Of a stretch of 64,000 nt of DNA, positions 26,620-40,439 are shown piece after piece. This stretch comes from Octopus sinensis (lineage: Eukaryota), in assembly GCF_006345805.1 (NCBI RefSeq), contig NC_043000.1, positions 99,200,001-99,264,000 on the forward strand, read 5' to 3'. Under the pieces are notes generated by a model. That model was not told the origin of the DNA. It did not search any database and saw only the letters and a program-made list of their open reading frames with translations. The position numbers and the translations under genes were made by a program. How positions within the stretch are numbered: the first letter of the stretch is position 1; each line of letters starts with the position of its first letter.

Positions 26620-26860
26620 TCTCTCTGCAAAATCTATGGCATACTGGACAACACAGGAACGAGTTGGCTGAAGACCATAAAGTTGGTTATAGGGATAGCA
26701 GAAGTTGCTTTAAATGGTTGTGGATCCGATGTGAGGGCTCGAAGGGTAATGCAAGTTGAGGATATAAATAGACACAAGCTAGAGCTTAACTAACTCTTAT
26801 TGGATATCCTGGATGAGAATGTTTGAAAAGCCGAAACACGCCCAGTGACTCCAGGAACAT
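26620..26860 (+). mobile_element. Decayed Penelope-like 3' end (GIY-YIG C-terminus followed by hammerhead remnant)
   Basis: ..HKLVIGIAEV..DVRARRVMQVEDINRHKLELN*, followed by ctggatgag..gccGAAACacgc. Confidence 0.4.
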
Positions 26861-27039
26861 CATTGCTGATGTCTGGGTGCATCATACGATGGTTTATGGG
26901 GAAAAAAACTATTTGTAATGCTTAGTTTATGTTCTTTAATAAGTTTTAACAGGGATCTCTGTTAATGTTGATTCTAGTTTTCCTTTAAATTTGAAGAAAT
27001 TAATATGTATTCCAAATAGCTCAACAAAGAACAACGTGC

Positions 27040-27400
27040 GCGAGTGCAAGTATCAGCCCGCAGCCTCCTATCTCATAGCTATCTGTCGCATGTGCTGGTA
27101 TGGACATGTCCTCCGACTCCCGCTAAATCATCCTACCAGGACTTTATTCTTATTCGATACAGCAGCTGCTGGTTTGAAGAGGCCTCACGGCAGGCTCCGC
27201 ACTAGAAGACTGGACGTGATTGGGGAAGATCTCCAGAAGCTCGACGTTCCCTTGGAGGATCCAGAGGGGTTGGCACGGAACCGCTAGCGATGAAGAGCAC
27301 TGGTGGACCTTGTTGGCTCTACACACTATGACACCTCTGGGACCACTAACCTGAGATGACCTCCAGCCCCATCAAGCAGGAACATAGAGCCAAGAAGCAA
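27040..27400 (+). mobile_element. RTE-like LINE 3' fragment
   Basis: WYGHVLRLPLNHPTR.L..FD...GLKRPHGR.RTR.LDVIGEDL in ORF 26991-27287. Confidence 0.75.
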
Positions 27401-29651
27401 GTCAACAGTCTCAGTAGTGTTCATGTAATTCTTAATCCATAGGTTCACAACTGGTAATATTTTTTTCTGTCAAAGACAGTGGATTAGCGTAATCGTTAGG
27501 CCATCACATGAAATACTTTGCGGTATTTATTTAAAATACTTTCCGTTCTCATTCCAAATTCTAGTGAAGTCAATTGTGTCCTTCATCATACTTAGAGTTG
27601 ATAAAAAATAGGTATCAGTTAAATACCGGGGTTAATTTAATCAACTATAACCTTGAAAGAAAAAGTATGGTATTGTGCCAATGTTAGCAATCAATATTTT
27701 TACCGTCACCACACATATATCAATTCAGCTACTGAACAGAACTCTAATCAAAGGCGTTTTATTTATAACTACCGCGTATTTTCCTAAGTTAGCTTATATA
27801 TGAAAACATGTGTCAATGTACCCTTTTTTAGGTATAAGAGTTATGATTTGAGGGAGGTTTTTACTATAATTTTAACAGACTGAGAGAGCCTGAAGAAATT
27901 CCCTCGTTGAGTTGGTTTTTATTTTACCTCGATCCACCTGATGGTTGACGTTTGAGGGTTACAAGTTCCTCATAGGATAGGTTTTGATTGGTGCACATTG
28001 GGCTAGAAACAGGATTTAGTCATATTTGGGCCCAGTTAGTAATTGGATTGAGGTGACTGAATCGTCAAGTGCTAGTTACTAAATACCGAGGCTTCCACCT
28101 TCTACAATTCTATAAGAGGGGCTGAATGTTTTACTCACAGTGTTTCCTTCATAATAATACTACCACTATAAGGTTATAGTCTAACGAACTGTCAAAAATA
28201 GCAACCAAATCTCACGCTAAATCTGAACCTACTGTCTTAAATAATGCAGTTAACAAAAAAGACAATGTTCACCAATGGAAAGCCTTTGGTCAACTCGATC
28301 AGGGTAAATTTGGAAATAAACAAGATCACAAAACAATACCAGAAGTGTTTTGTAGGTGATTACGAGGAAAAAAAACCTTAAAACTTCAATATTCAAAGGA
28401 ACGACTAATCTGTTGCTTACGTAGCAACAAAACCGATCTAAACGCTTTCTGCAAAGAAGCCCAAAACAACGAAAGCAACAGTAAGAAATCATGTAAGTTG
28501 CCGGTTTTATGGCGACAACTCATGAGTGGAAAATGAAACTGTTCTATCCTCATTACCAGGAGGGATTCATGCGAATCAAGCTCATTTCCATCAACCAGTA
28601 CCAGAAATTCAAGGAGAACCAACCACAATAACAACAGTAATACGAAATCACCAAGAGGCATACACTCTCGGCAGCTCTGGCTCATTCACTTATGAGAATG
28701 AGAATCAAATACAGATTGATGGAGAAAAGCAAACTTCCGAAAAAAAACTGGAAACAGACCCAGCCATAAAAAAGATGAGGTTGGATACACTTCGTGCAAA
28801 AAAATTCTTTTCTCTGAAGAAAAATCTTTATTTTATGAAGGAATATCGATGACGTGTGAGGATGAACTAGAGCCCAACTTAAACGAAATGAAATTCACTA
28901 CCATTCGCAAGGAAAATCAGACTCCGAATAAAACACTTATAAATAGGCAAGGAATATCCAAGCAAAGTACTGATGCAAATGGGACAAGATTTTTAAACAC
29001 TATATAAACGACAGAATAGCAGTGCAAAACAAAGATTTTATTAAATATCATATTTCAACAAATAAAACGACGTGCTCCCCACATGTACCAAAACTCTTCA
29101 CAGAAGATTCCAGAATTTCCAGCACTGAAATATACCATGGTGCTGCACTCCTCAGGGATTACCAGAGAAGTAAGATGCACTGGTCAAAGTAACGGGAGAT
29201 TTGAATTTTATATAAATTCCTTGTTTTGATTACTGTGTTTTTATCATCCTTTTTTATTTATTTCAGTGTAAATGTTTGTGCTTATAAAAGTTTATTTCGT
29301 CCAGTTATATATTATAAAATATTTTTCAACCTTACCCTCGTATTTGTAAATCTTCGTTCCATCCCACACGCCTTGTTCAAAGTTACCATCTATTTTTCTT
29401 TATCACTTTGAAAGCTGGTAGCAAATATTCCATTCCACTATGGGCACAAGGCTTGAAATCTTGGGATAGGAGCTAGCTGATTACAACTGGCACTTATTTT
29501 ATCAACTCTTAACAGGATGAAAGGCAAAGTCTTTGAATGTAAAGACGGGTGAAATGCTGCGAAGCATTCTGTCCGGCGCACTAACGATTCTGCTAGCTCA
29601 CCACCTTACTTATAGAAAATGATAAAAAGATTATTATTATTATTATTATTA

Positions 29652-29682
<31 letters not shown>

Positions 29683-29709
29683 GTTGTTGTTGTTATTACT
29701 ATTATTATT

Positions 29710-30227
29710 GAGTGAGTGAACAGTACATGCCATCAAAATGACACTAGGGTGAAAATATATGAAACACAATATATCCATCATGACTACACGTCTGATAAGG
29801 GTACACCAAGCAGATGCATCACAACCATATGTGCACGACATGGTGATCTCATATCAAGATAAACAGCACATGACCTTGCTGGTGGGGCCCAGTTAGAATT
29901 TTCTTCAAGTCGAGTAGCCCATCCCACTCAAAAGGTTCCTGATTAAGGGTTTCTTTAAGGATGTTGAACGAAACACTCATGTTTCTAGAGGTGTATTATT
30001 CAAACACAAAAGAATTCCTCTCAACGCATGGCTATGATTCTCCCCCCATGATCGGAGATACATTTATTGTCAGCCACCTGGTTACAGTCAAACGACTGTC
30101 AAGCAAATCTGTGGTATTGAGCAGAATATTTGCTGTAGCCCATCGTTTATGACAAGACAAAACATGTACATGATAACACTTCCAATCAGTTAAGATCAGA
30201 AACCATCAGAGCCAGTGGCTGATTTTG

Positions 30228-30229
<2 letters not shown>
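29710..30229 (-). mobile_element. About 520-bp non-coding interspersed element inserted in (TAA)n
   Basis: Flanked on both sides by (TTA)n. An internally deleted relative occurs at 43056-43190. Strand assigned tentatively. Confidence 0.6.
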
Positions 30230-30309
<80 letters not shown>

Positions 30310-30310
<1 letters not shown>

Positions 30311-30525
30311 GCCAGTGAGCTAACAGAATCGTTAGCACGCCAAGCGAAATACTTAGCAGTATTTCGTCTGCTGCTACGCCCTGATTTCAAATTCCGCCGA
30401 GGTCTACTTTGCCTTTCATCCTTTCGGGGTCGATAAATTAAGTACCAGTGAAACACTGAGGTCGATATAATCGACTTATCTCCTTCCCCAAAACGTCTGC
30501 CCTTGTGGCAAAATGCGAAACCGTT
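30310..30525 (+). mobile_element. SINE family B
   Basis: Consensus match starting directly after (TTA)n. Confidence 0.8.
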
Positions 30526-30749
30526 ATTATTATTATCATAATAATCACTATCACCGTCATCATTTATCGGAATCGTTAAAGCGTCTTTTACATTCTTAGC
30601 TCAGTTCCCGCCGTGATCAATTTTTACGTTTATTCTTTCAGCTGGGATGTAATAGAATGCCATCATTTACTAGGGACAGTACCATTAACGAATCCTCTGT
30701 CCTCAAAACTGTCCGCCTTATATTTTATTTTCCATTTATTTACTTGCAG

Positions 30750-30888
30750 GAAATTGGCCAAATTTACAGTAATGTTGGTACCGTTATTTGGAGTACCTAA
30801 CATTCTATTTATATTGATACCAGCTGACTTGAAAACAGCAGTTGATGTCCCATACATGTATATATCGATGACTTACAGTTCCTTTCAG
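30750..30888 (+). CDS. Class B1 (secretin-family) GPCR, TM6-ECL3-start of TM7 exon
   Basis: ttgcag|G acceptor and CAG|gtatgt donor. Translation (R)KLAKFTVMLVPLFGVPNILFILIPADLKTAVDVPYMYISMTYSSFQ matches the class B1 RxxKxTxxLxPLFG and SFQ motifs, with conserved intron phases (2 and 0). Confidence 0.92.
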
Positions 30889-32380
30889 GTATGTAGCATA
30901 TTGATTTTTTTTTTTTTTTGCTCTTATTCGAATAATTTCAATTCTTTGTTTTTCTCTTTTATATTTTAAATTCTCTTATGGGGAGATTTTGTCTACTAAC
31001 TGCTTGGATAATGTCATCTGACTAATGGGTACTTTCCTATTATCGACAGTCAATTTTTTATTTACATAAAAAATTATTAAATAATCTGTTATACTCGCGA
31101 GACGGATCTAACTGCTGATCGGTGATCTTTCAGAATAGCTATTACTACATCACGGAGAAAAGTAACTCAACATATGTTGTTTCGTGTTACGCCTTTTTCG
31201 ACTTCATGCCATTTTTTTTTTAATAAATTACAATCCATTTATCCGACTTTACGTTGGTCTCTGTGAACATATTTAAAAGCATAGAATTTAGGGGTAAAAA
31301 AATCCTAAAAAAACAAAACTGAAGTGAAAAATCTAATAAAATATGTGAAAATATGTACAAACCATTTATTAGAACCGATATAAACTAATGAATTTTTTAA
31401 TGATCTTTCGTGTTACTTCGCTTTTTGAGTCGCATGTTTTGGAAACAATTACCAACATATGTAGAAGTATGCTTGTATCTGTAAAAAATTTATATCGGAA
31501 AAGGGCACAGAATTTGAAGGCAATTTTTTCTTTTTTTTTTAATAGACAAAATTTCTTCCACCGATGCCTGTATCTGTAAAATTTTATATCGGAAAAGGGC
31601 ACAGAATCTAAAAGCAAAATTGTGAAAGAAAAAAATGAAGAAAATTTCTTCAACCGGTGCCTGTATCTGTAAAAATTCATATCGGAAAAAGGCACAGAAT
31701 CTAAGGGCAAAATTATAAAAAAAAAATTGGACGAAATTTCTTCCTCAGAAGGATACGATCATCCAATTCCTTACCCTTTTTTCTCTCTCTACGCTTTTTT
31801 TCTCTCTCTCTCTGCCCTTTTTTCTCTCTCTATTCCGATAGTCCACCGATCAACTATTACACCTGTCTCACGAATGTAAGTTTCATTACTAATCCTTTAG
31901 TATATAAAAAAATTGGCTGCTGATAAAAGGGAAGTACCAATCAAAATTTTTCAACCCTCTATATGTGAGACCCTATCGCACATCTATTTTCTATGCAAAT
32001 CGTTCCCTTGATATATATTTGTTCGGACTTATTGAATTCTAATATTGGCAAATGTAGAGAAATATACAGTAATGATTCGATCGATCCCAATATAAATCTG
32101 ATATATTTTTAAATTGCCTTCACAATGATGAAGCCACATTTAACCCCAGGTGACTAGAGTTCATAATGTAAATAGAATTTGCTAAAAAAACAAAGAATTA
32201 GTGGAATACATCACGACGTTTAATCACGCATTCATTCCGTTTTCTAAGCCAAGAATTTTCCCGTATGTAATAAATTTTAGTCAGCAATGATGGGTGGATG
32301 GTCGCCATCTTGCTTTGCATCAAGCAACAGTCTCTCACCTACTCACCCTCTTTCTCTCTAACCCTCTCTTCATGCACACA

Positions 32381-32430
<50 letters not shown>

Positions 32431-33722
32431 GACACTACCTATTTGTCACATTTCTATATGTAAGTTCCCCAGTCTTTATCAGTTTTCGTGCATGAAGATT
32501 TTTGTGTGGATGTGTATATACAGACTTATAGAAACAGGTAAGTATATATGTGGGTAGGTGTGAGAGCATATGTATTTATATACACACATATATATGTGGG
32601 TAGGTGTGAGAGCATATGTATGTATATACGCACATATATAAGTGGGTAGGTGTGAGAGCATATGTATGTATATACGCACATATATTCATACACGTGCACA
32701 CAACACAAACACGCATGTGTGTGTGTGTTTGTGTATGTGTGTATGTGTGTGTGCGTGTGTCTGTGTGTGCGTGTGCCGTGTGTATGTGTTCATACACATA
32801 TGTGTTTGTTATATAAGATCATTGATCTGAGCGTATATAGAAAGAGATCGTGAAAGTTATTTTTCAATATAACCACAGGCACTAGTTATATTTCACTTCG
32901 TTTTTATTATTGTCGTAACTACACAACTATTTGACAAAAAATTTATTTGATCAAGAGTCACAGCCTTTTCGTCGTCTTATTGGTGACGTACCATCATCTG
33001 TTCGCCTCCACGCTAATGTGTATCTCCTATTAGTTTCACGTGATCGATAAGATCATAGGCTGTTATGAAAGCACAGTGGAATAATCAGTCAATTCATTTA
33101 TTAAACACTTGATAAATTAATACATTAAATCACAATAATGGTTTTAAAATTTGACACGGGGGCAGCAATTTCGGGGACGGGGTAAGTCGATTATATCGAT
33201 CCCAGTACTCAACTGGTACTAATTTTATCGACTCCGAAATGATGAAAGGCAGAGTCAACTTCGGCGAAATTTGAACTCAGAACATAAAGACAGGCGAAAT
33301 GCCGCTAAGGTTATGTCAGCTCACCGCCGTAAGCTAAATGATAATAATAAAAGCGAAATATATCCTGTGCTTGTATTTTTATTGGCCAAAGCATGCACGA
33401 ATACATGACAATATATTACCTTTTTGTGTCATTCTTTGGACTCTGACCATGCTGAGGCACTGACTTAAAGGGTTTAGTCGAATAAATCGCTTCCACTACT
33501 TGTTTATCTGAGACTTATTTTCTTTTTCCGAACTGCTGAGTTACAAGGACGGAAACAAACCTAAATCGGTTTCCAAACTTTGGAGGTGTACAAACACAAA
33601 GCAAACACGAAGACACAAACATACACACACACACACACACACAGATACGTGTGCGTGCGCGTGTGCGTGCGCGTGTGCGTGCGCGTGTGCGTATATATAT
33701 ATACATATATATAGACTTACAT

Positions 33723-33753
<31 letters not shown>

Positions 33754-33774
33754 CACATATATATATATGGTAAT

Positions 33775-34302
33775 TTCTATCTATCTGTCTGTTACCATCT
33801 TGTTGCCTATAGCAGTGAACCGATCTTCTTGAAACTTTGCATACATTTTAAACTAACATCCAGTTCAATTATAGGCTAATTAGATTTCAATAAAAGTCGA
33901 TAATGAGTCCTAAAAATCTATAACGGGTCCCCTATGGGGGTTGAGCTATGATATGACAAAATGAGAAGGGTGGAAAAGTGTTAGGTTGAGAGAGATGTAG
34001 TGACATAATGAGGGTGGCTGGTGTCAATTGTTTCATAGTTGCACCTCGTCAATTATCTCATCCTTTCAACCATCCACCAATTCAACTTTGATATTACCTT
34101 ACCATTACAATCAATCAGTTTTACCATTCAACTGTATTACTTGCTAGTATTTGTAAATCTATCCCAAGTCACCATTTCTAACTCTATTCGTAGTTTAAAC
34201 GGGAACTGAACAGGGAACAGTATAAGACATGAAACAATGTTATGGGAACGGGAACTGGAAATAGCCTCCGCTTTTCCGGGTAATTCCAGATAATTCAGCT
34301 AG
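33775..34302 (+). mobile_element. Non-autonomous Helitron-like element
   Basis: tctatctatctgtctg..aaccgatcttcttgaaactttgc 5' motif. 3' ccgggtaattcc..cagCTAG resembles 11495-11522. Confidence 0.6.
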
Positions 34303-34310
34303 TATATATG

Positions 34311-34342
<32 letters not shown>

Positions 34343-35054
34343 CATGTATATACGACGAGCTTCTTTCAGTGTCCTACCAAATCCAATAAGCCTTTGGTCT
34401 GCCCGAGGTTATAATAGAAGACCCTTACCCAAGGTGCCAAGCAGTGAGACTGAACCCAAGACAACATGATCGGAAAGCAAGCTTTTTAATCTCGCTTCCA
34501 CGCCTGTACATAATACTGAGTGCCCAATGTACGAATATAGCGTTTAATATATATGGATATATCAAAATTCAAATCATTGCAAGATAAGCTTTGATCTTTC
34601 GAAAATATTTGTAGCAATGGATGAAAAGTTTTGAATATATAAAATTCGACATCGATGCATATTCGATAGTTGACAAATATAAAACTTCACCATAGTTACA
34701 ATGTTTTGAAGTTTTCAATAAAATGATTTGACAGCAACAAGATCTAACAAACTAAATTTTGCTCGATAATGACTTTGCACCGAATATGCCTGATCTTCTT
34801 GCATCTGTATCCTCTTAATTTACCAAACTTACAAAAATTATAGGAGATGTTTGCTTGTTGATCTTTGATTGTTTGTTAAGATCCGTTACAGGGTGGATTA
34901 TCTCAGCTTATTTTATATTATATGCAAGTCTTGCCTGTAACTTTCATTAGTATACAGAGCACAAAGTTCAGGTGCTATCTTTGCGCAATTGCTGATATTT
35001 ATGAACAATGCTACTAGATTCTTTCTCTCTCTTCTTCCCGATCTCTCTTCTTTG

Positions 35055-35145
<91 letters not shown>

Positions 35146-35217
35146 GAATATATATATATATAAACGGCGGTGCATCAGCATGGCCGCAGCTCTGAGCTGA
35201 AACTAGAAATATATATA

Positions 35218-35258
<41 letters not shown>

Positions 35259-35260
35259 TG

Positions 35261-35370
<110 letters not shown>

Positions 35371-35413
35371 ATATATATATATATATATATATGTTTATAT
35401 ATATATATATTCG

Positions 35414-35445
<32 letters not shown>

Positions 35446-35446
35446 C

Positions 35447-35487
<41 letters not shown>

Positions 35488-35519
35488 GAAAAAGAGATCG
35501 GGAAGAAGAGAGAGAAAGA

Positions 35520-35578
<59 letters not shown>

Positions 35579-35592
35579 TACTCGCCACCCTG

Positions 35593-35623
<31 letters not shown>

Positions 35624-35994
35624 TGTGTGTGTGTGCAAAAAATATGAAACGAAAGGAAATGTATAGAAATTTTTTTATGCTGGAGAATACATATTTACAA
35701 ATTGACTGGTTTCACTCATGTTAATTACAACTAAGTAGTAAGCGATAATGCTATAATTTCATGTTATCATAATGTTTTCATTCTATGTTTGTTGGACAAA
35801 TATCTTGTAAATGAATAGGAAGATAGATAAGTTTTAGGAGAGATAATCAATGATTCTTATTATTAGAAGCAGGAGGGGTGGTAATTACTCTTTTGTTTGA
35901 ATCCTGCAAAAAAAAACTAATCAGACACAGACATTAATATTCCATCGTTAAAAGTTTTTAAATTACAGCTGGCCCATCATGTGAAACCCTTCGC

Positions 35995-36385
35995 TTAAGT
36001 AACTTTCAGAATATCCTACTGAAACCCTTTCTGAAATATATCAAAATCTTCATTAGAGTCGATCTAGACATGCTAAACCCTCTCTGAAAAATAATGAAAA
36101 GACAGCCATGGTATCCTTTAACGCTGTGAACCTGTATACTAGTCTCTTACGCGACTATGAAATAGAAGCAATCAAATTCTGGTTGGAAAACTATTCAATA
36201 GAATTACTAGAGGGCATGAACAAGGAATTTGTAATTGAAGCATTAAAATTCCTCCTCCAGAATAATTTATTCATGTTTGATACCAATTACTACCGACAAA
36301 ATTGGGAAATTATGATGAGAACAAAAGCAGCTCTTGCAAAACCTAGTAATGGGGTATTCAGAATTGACTGTATATCAAGAATCAC
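35995..36385 (+). mobile_element. Penelope-like element reverse transcriptase fragment
   Basis: LLKPFLKYIK.FIR.DLDML..., then VSFNAVNLYTS..IEAIKFWLE..KEFVIEALKFLLQNNLFMFD.NYYRQ (PLE RT motifs 3-4). Confidence 0.85.
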
Positions 36386-36465
36386 TACAAAGATATAGAT
36401 ATCCCTTTTATCAATAGATGAGAGAACTTCAGTATATATATGTAAGAGAGAGAGAGTGTGTGTGT

Positions 36466-36508
<43 letters not shown>

Positions 36509-36746
36509 TGCGTGCGTGTGTGTGTATGTGAGTGCCATATATATATGTGTATGTATACATACATATATATATATATATATATAGGATACCATGGCTGTCT
36601 TTTCATTGATTATTTTTCAGAGGTGGCTCAGCATGTCTAGATCGACTCTAATGAAGTTTTTGATATATTTCAGAAGGGGTTTCAGTAGGATATTCGGAAA
36701 GTATTGAGTTGCTTAATAGTGGTTATATCTCTAATTTAATTATATG

Positions 36747-36797
<51 letters not shown>

Positions 36798-36801
<4 letters not shown>

Positions 36802-38020
36802 GGTATGTAGAAAATTACAACATGGACAAGAACGTATAACTCTTAGAAGACGACACAATAAACATGGACAGGACATTCGAACCCCTCAGTCTTCAGTCAA
36901 GAAACGGATCATCGTAGTAATTTCGGCTGATTAATCTTGAGATTACTAGATCACGGCCAGCCCTCCAAGAAAAACTAAGCAACGAGCATTAGAAAAACTA
37001 AGCTGGAAGGTAGATTTCCTGGAAGAAGGATCGAATGCATACGAACACCAGGACAGCAAAAGGGACAGATATAAAAAAACAAAAAAAATAATGGAATACA
37101 GAAAAACATGAAATACAGAAGCATTAACGGTGAAAACAACAAGTGTCTTACGACTGATAACAAGCAAACAAATTTTTCTCTGGCGCATTGGAAGAAGCCT
37201 TTATAGCGGTGGACGAAAAACAACGATGTTAACACGACGAGGGTCAGGAGCTGAAAGGCAGATTTCGGCCAACAGTCACGTGACAGAGAAGAGGGAAAAG
37301 AAAAGAAGAGAAGCAAAGGAAGAGAGAGAGAGGACGAGGGACAAAACAACAAAGAGAGAGAAGAGAGAGAAAGAAGGGATCAGAGAGGAGAAGGGATGGT
37401 GTCGAAGAATGACTGTGAGTGCAGAGCGAGACCAAGAATAGGAGGGTAAAGAGAAGAAAAAAGAGGATGAGTAGAGAGAGGAAGAGAGAGAGAGAGAGAG
37501 AGAGAGGGGGACAGATCAAGTAAAAATGAGAGAGAGAGGGAGACAAAAAGAGAGTCGTACCAATTATTAAGAATATGTGCTCACATTAATGATAAGGTGG
37601 GTACGGGGCGCCTGGAATATATGTTAAGGTATGTAGAAAAATACAACATGGACAAGAACGTATAACTTTAGAAGACGACACAATAAACATGGACAGGACA
37701 TTCGAACCCCTTAGTCTTCAGTCAAGAACCGGATCATCGTAGTAATTTCGGCTGATTAATCTTGAGATTACTAGATCACGGCCAGCCCTCCAAGAAAAAC
37801 TAAGCAACGAGCATTAGAAAAACTAAGCTGGAAGCGTAGATTTCCTGGAAGAAGGATCGAATGCATACGAACACCAGGACAGCAAAAGGGACAGATATAA
37901 AAAAAACAAAAAACAATAATGGAATACAGAAACATGAAATACAGAAGCATTAACGGTGAAAACAACAAGTGTCTTACGACTGATAACAAGCAAACAAATT
38001 TTTTCTCTGGCGCATTGGAA
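36798..38020. repeat. 827-bp unit plus about 395-bp terminal direct repeat (36798-37192 / 37625-38020) in (TA)n
   Basis: Near-identical direct repeats seen by alignment; purine-rich internal region. Confidence 0.9.
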
Positions 38021-38034
38021 ATATATATACATAC

Positions 38035-38072
<38 letters not shown>

Positions 38073-38206
38073 GTATAGATATTATATTAAATTAGAGACA
38101 AAACCACTATTAGGCAAATCAAATAATGAAAGACTTAAGCCAATACATATGATTAATTTATATTATTTAAATATGTAACAAATCATTTTAAAATATAATT
38201 AATATC

Positions 38207-38267
38207 CCACTACGAGCGTTCCTGCCTGCTGTCTTCAATTTTTGAGTCGCAGTCATTCATCAGGTGG
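38207..38267 (-). ncRNA. Type I hammerhead with one core lesion (GAAA read as GGAA/GAA)
   Basis: Minus strand: ccac CTGATGA atgactgc...gcaggca GGAA c-gctc-g ta gtgg. Lies between about 55-bp inverted repeats at 38091-38147 and 38300-38353. Confidence 0.55.
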
Positions 38268-38464
38268 TTAAAAATTTTTCTTGGCGAGTTTTAATGTTAT
38301 ATTGGCTTAAGTCTTTCATTGCTTGATTGCCTAATAGTGGTTTTGTCTCTAATGTAATAGAATATAATATTTACTATAAAAATTGGATTCAATCCTAAAT
38401 CTGATTTTCCCTGTAAGTTTGGATTTATTCCCTAATATTTATTATTATATGTATTATATATATA

Positions 38465-38502
<38 letters not shown>

Positions 38503-38896
38503 TATATATATATATGTGTGTATATATATATGATTATATAAATATATATATATATAGATATATATACATATGTGTGTATATGTATATACATATATATATG
38601 TGTGTGTGCGTTTGCGTATATATATATATATTTTTTTAAATTTGCCCTCTCTAGGTACATCCCATTGACAAGAGTCAAAGAGTCAAAAATACGAAACGTC
38701 GATGTTTGGAAGAGTCTTGATAGATGGCGACACTGAACAAACCGAGAGTTTTCACACCTTTTTACTATAAGAGAGATTTTTTTCTACATTAACTGCTGTG
38801 GATTTGCCTTTTAACAGTGAAATATATCACAAAAATATTTTAACTAACCTAAATTTTGCTTATGCCTAAACACTGCTGGTTCTAACATATATATAT

Positions 38897-38988
<92 letters not shown>

Positions 38989-39659
38989 CATATATATATA
39001 TATATATCGCCAATTGATCCAAGATCGAAACATGTCCGTCGCTTTAAATACAAGTTCTATTCACATCCATACTTTTCAAATATATCTCATAGCTGATGTT
39101 ACTGACGTCTTGTCTTTTGAATTTTGAACACCACTGGAGGAAGTGTTTTCTTAGTAACTATGAACAATTGTGAACTTTTTTTCTATCATTTGAATTTTCA
39201 AACTTACAGATAATTGTCAACACATATGAAACCATCAAGCATATATGTTTTGGTTTGTCGTTCATGTCTAGTTGTTTTGGTCTTTTTGTTTGTTTTCCTT
39301 TTCTTTCATTTTTTTTTTTTTTGCTTCCACGATGACGTCAGTGAGTGCGTGTGTAACTGCGTATGTTTCTGCATTGGCCTTTACAGTTGTGTACGTATTT
39401 TCATTCTGGTATCAGCGTTTATACATCCGTAAGAATGGCCGTTTACAAGTGGATGGCTTTCTTAACAATTACAAATACTCTGTCCAAAAATGTATGCGTA
39501 TATATACTGAGGTGTGTATGTATATAAGTATGCTTTTATGTACATATATATACATAGAGAGAGAGAGAGAGTGAGACAGCAGACAGACAGACAGATAGAT
39601 AATGTAGATATATAGATACACGCACGTACACACACACATATACAGATATACATACATAC

Positions 39660-39705
<46 letters not shown>

Positions 39706-39783
39706 ATGTATATATACACATGTAAGTGCATGTAAGCGATAAAGATGATGACAGCATTTGAACTGTGAATCGATTAACTTATT

Positions 39784-39815
<32 letters not shown>

Positions 39816-40439
39816 TGTATGTATGTATGCATGCATGTATGTATGTATGTATGTATGTATGTATGTATGTATGTATGTATGTATGTATGTGTGTATTCCT
39901 ACATACATAGTTACTTTATAATCTTCCTTTTGAAGTAACAGACAGAAAAGAGTTGGGCGGTCCGCAGGAAGAAAGTTATTACATATGACATAAAATGGAA
40001 ATGCAAACGAAAAGCACGCGAACACATCCGAAAATGATTCACAATTATGTATAGAGTCACGCTTAGATATTTATTTCCGTCGCAATTACATATGAATATC
40101 TTAAGCATCAAGTATTCACAGATTATGATTTCTTTTCTATTTTTGTCTGAATAAAATTTGGTCTTTTCTATACGATAAATATCAGGAAATAATGTTATAA
40201 CTAAGATTTCTAAACCACTTAATAACATATTTTAAGTTTCTGCGCCTTTCAGATAGGTGAGTTCTGGTGATGATGACGTTATTGGTGTTATTTAGACCCA
40301 CTTGTTTCACTTAAGCCCTTCGATCCTTATGGGGCATACGCCATCGACAACTTTCCTCCAGTCATCTCGATTCTTAGCTGTCTTCCTCTCGCAGGTCTTG
40401 TTTTTGAATTGTCATTCATAATTTGGTAATTTCTTCAAA

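Noticed and set aside
28250-29200. ORF 28526-28852 and neighbouring open frames as a gene
   Set aside because: No recognisable domain or splice pattern, and stops in the adjoining frame; possibly a decayed TE leader region.
29272-29411. Possible TM5 exon (..FRPVIYYKIFFNLTLVFVNLR..)
   Set aside because: Spacing of P, N and R does not fit class B1 TM5, and there is no good donor.
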